NCBI GenBank assembly: GCA_027001995.1
Contig: JALTLO010000174.1
Location: 1-34,438 of the forward strand
Reading direction: 5' to 3'
Length of the DNA: 34,438 nucleotides
DNA from: Planctomycetota bacterium
GTDB lineage: Bacteria; Planctomycetota; GCA-002687715; DRQF01
The notes beneath the pieces are model-generated. The model was not told the origin of the DNA, made no database searches, and worked only from the letters and a program-made list of their open reading frames with translations. Numbering within the stretch: position 1 is the stretch's first letter; each line of letters begins with the position of its first letter. Shown in pieces: positions 34,305 to 34,438 of this stretch. Made by a program: the position numbers and the translations under genes.

Positions 34305-34438
34305 TTAGAAGCGTCGACGTTTGCCGGGTTTGTAAACCAGCTCACCGAGCTGATAAACCGCTTCGACTCCTGAGCGAAAATCCAATGGGTCACCTGTCCA
34401 TGCGACGAAATCAGCATCCATACCGGGTGATAGAGATC
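34305..34438 (-). CDS. C-terminus of a third amidohydrolase-superfamily protein (partial; absent from the ORF track)
   Basis: Translated by hand: SLSPGMDADFVAWTGDPLDFRSGVEAVYQLGELVYKPGKRRRF*. Confidence 0.85.
   Translation of the reverse strand, partial: SLSPGMDADFVAWTGDPLDFRSGVEAVYQLGELVYKPGKRRRF

Noticed and set aside
1..34438. Mobile element, prophage, CRISPR array or defence system
   Set aside because: No integrase, transposase, nuclease or phage gene, repeat-spacer array, tRNA 3'-end duplication or obvious compositional shift was seen.

Overview
Compact, gene-dense chromosomal segment of roughly mid-GC content. The many secreted proteins, ECF sigma/anti-sigma/VIT-vWA locus, tandem amidohydrolase-fold proteins and Cys-rich Lgt suggest a Planctomycetota-like bacterium (inference only). 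It carries three tRNAs (Ser-CGA, Ser-GGA, Met-CAT) and recognisable genes: tadA, mutY, lgt, a UbiD-family decarboxylase, a LonC-type protease, a type I-beta DAHP synthase and a WbpD/WbpE-like pair. I saw no mobile element, CRISPR array or defence system. The most notable signals are: (1) an unannotated minus-strand structured RNA candidate at about 21228-21350, with G-U-rich helices, a CUUG tetraloop and an anti-SD-like terminator loop; (2) a promoter whose -35 and -10 each sit inside a GCACTG-N7-CAGTGC palindrome, upstream of a pentapeptide-repeat gene; (3) a terminator-fused ECF-type promoter for the VIT-vWA gene; (4) repeated apparent pseudo-enzymes (GH172/DUF2961-like, peptidase-MA-like, two amidohydrolases, three receiver domains) lacking canonical active-site residues. 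All family calls are motif recognition by eye; no searches were run.
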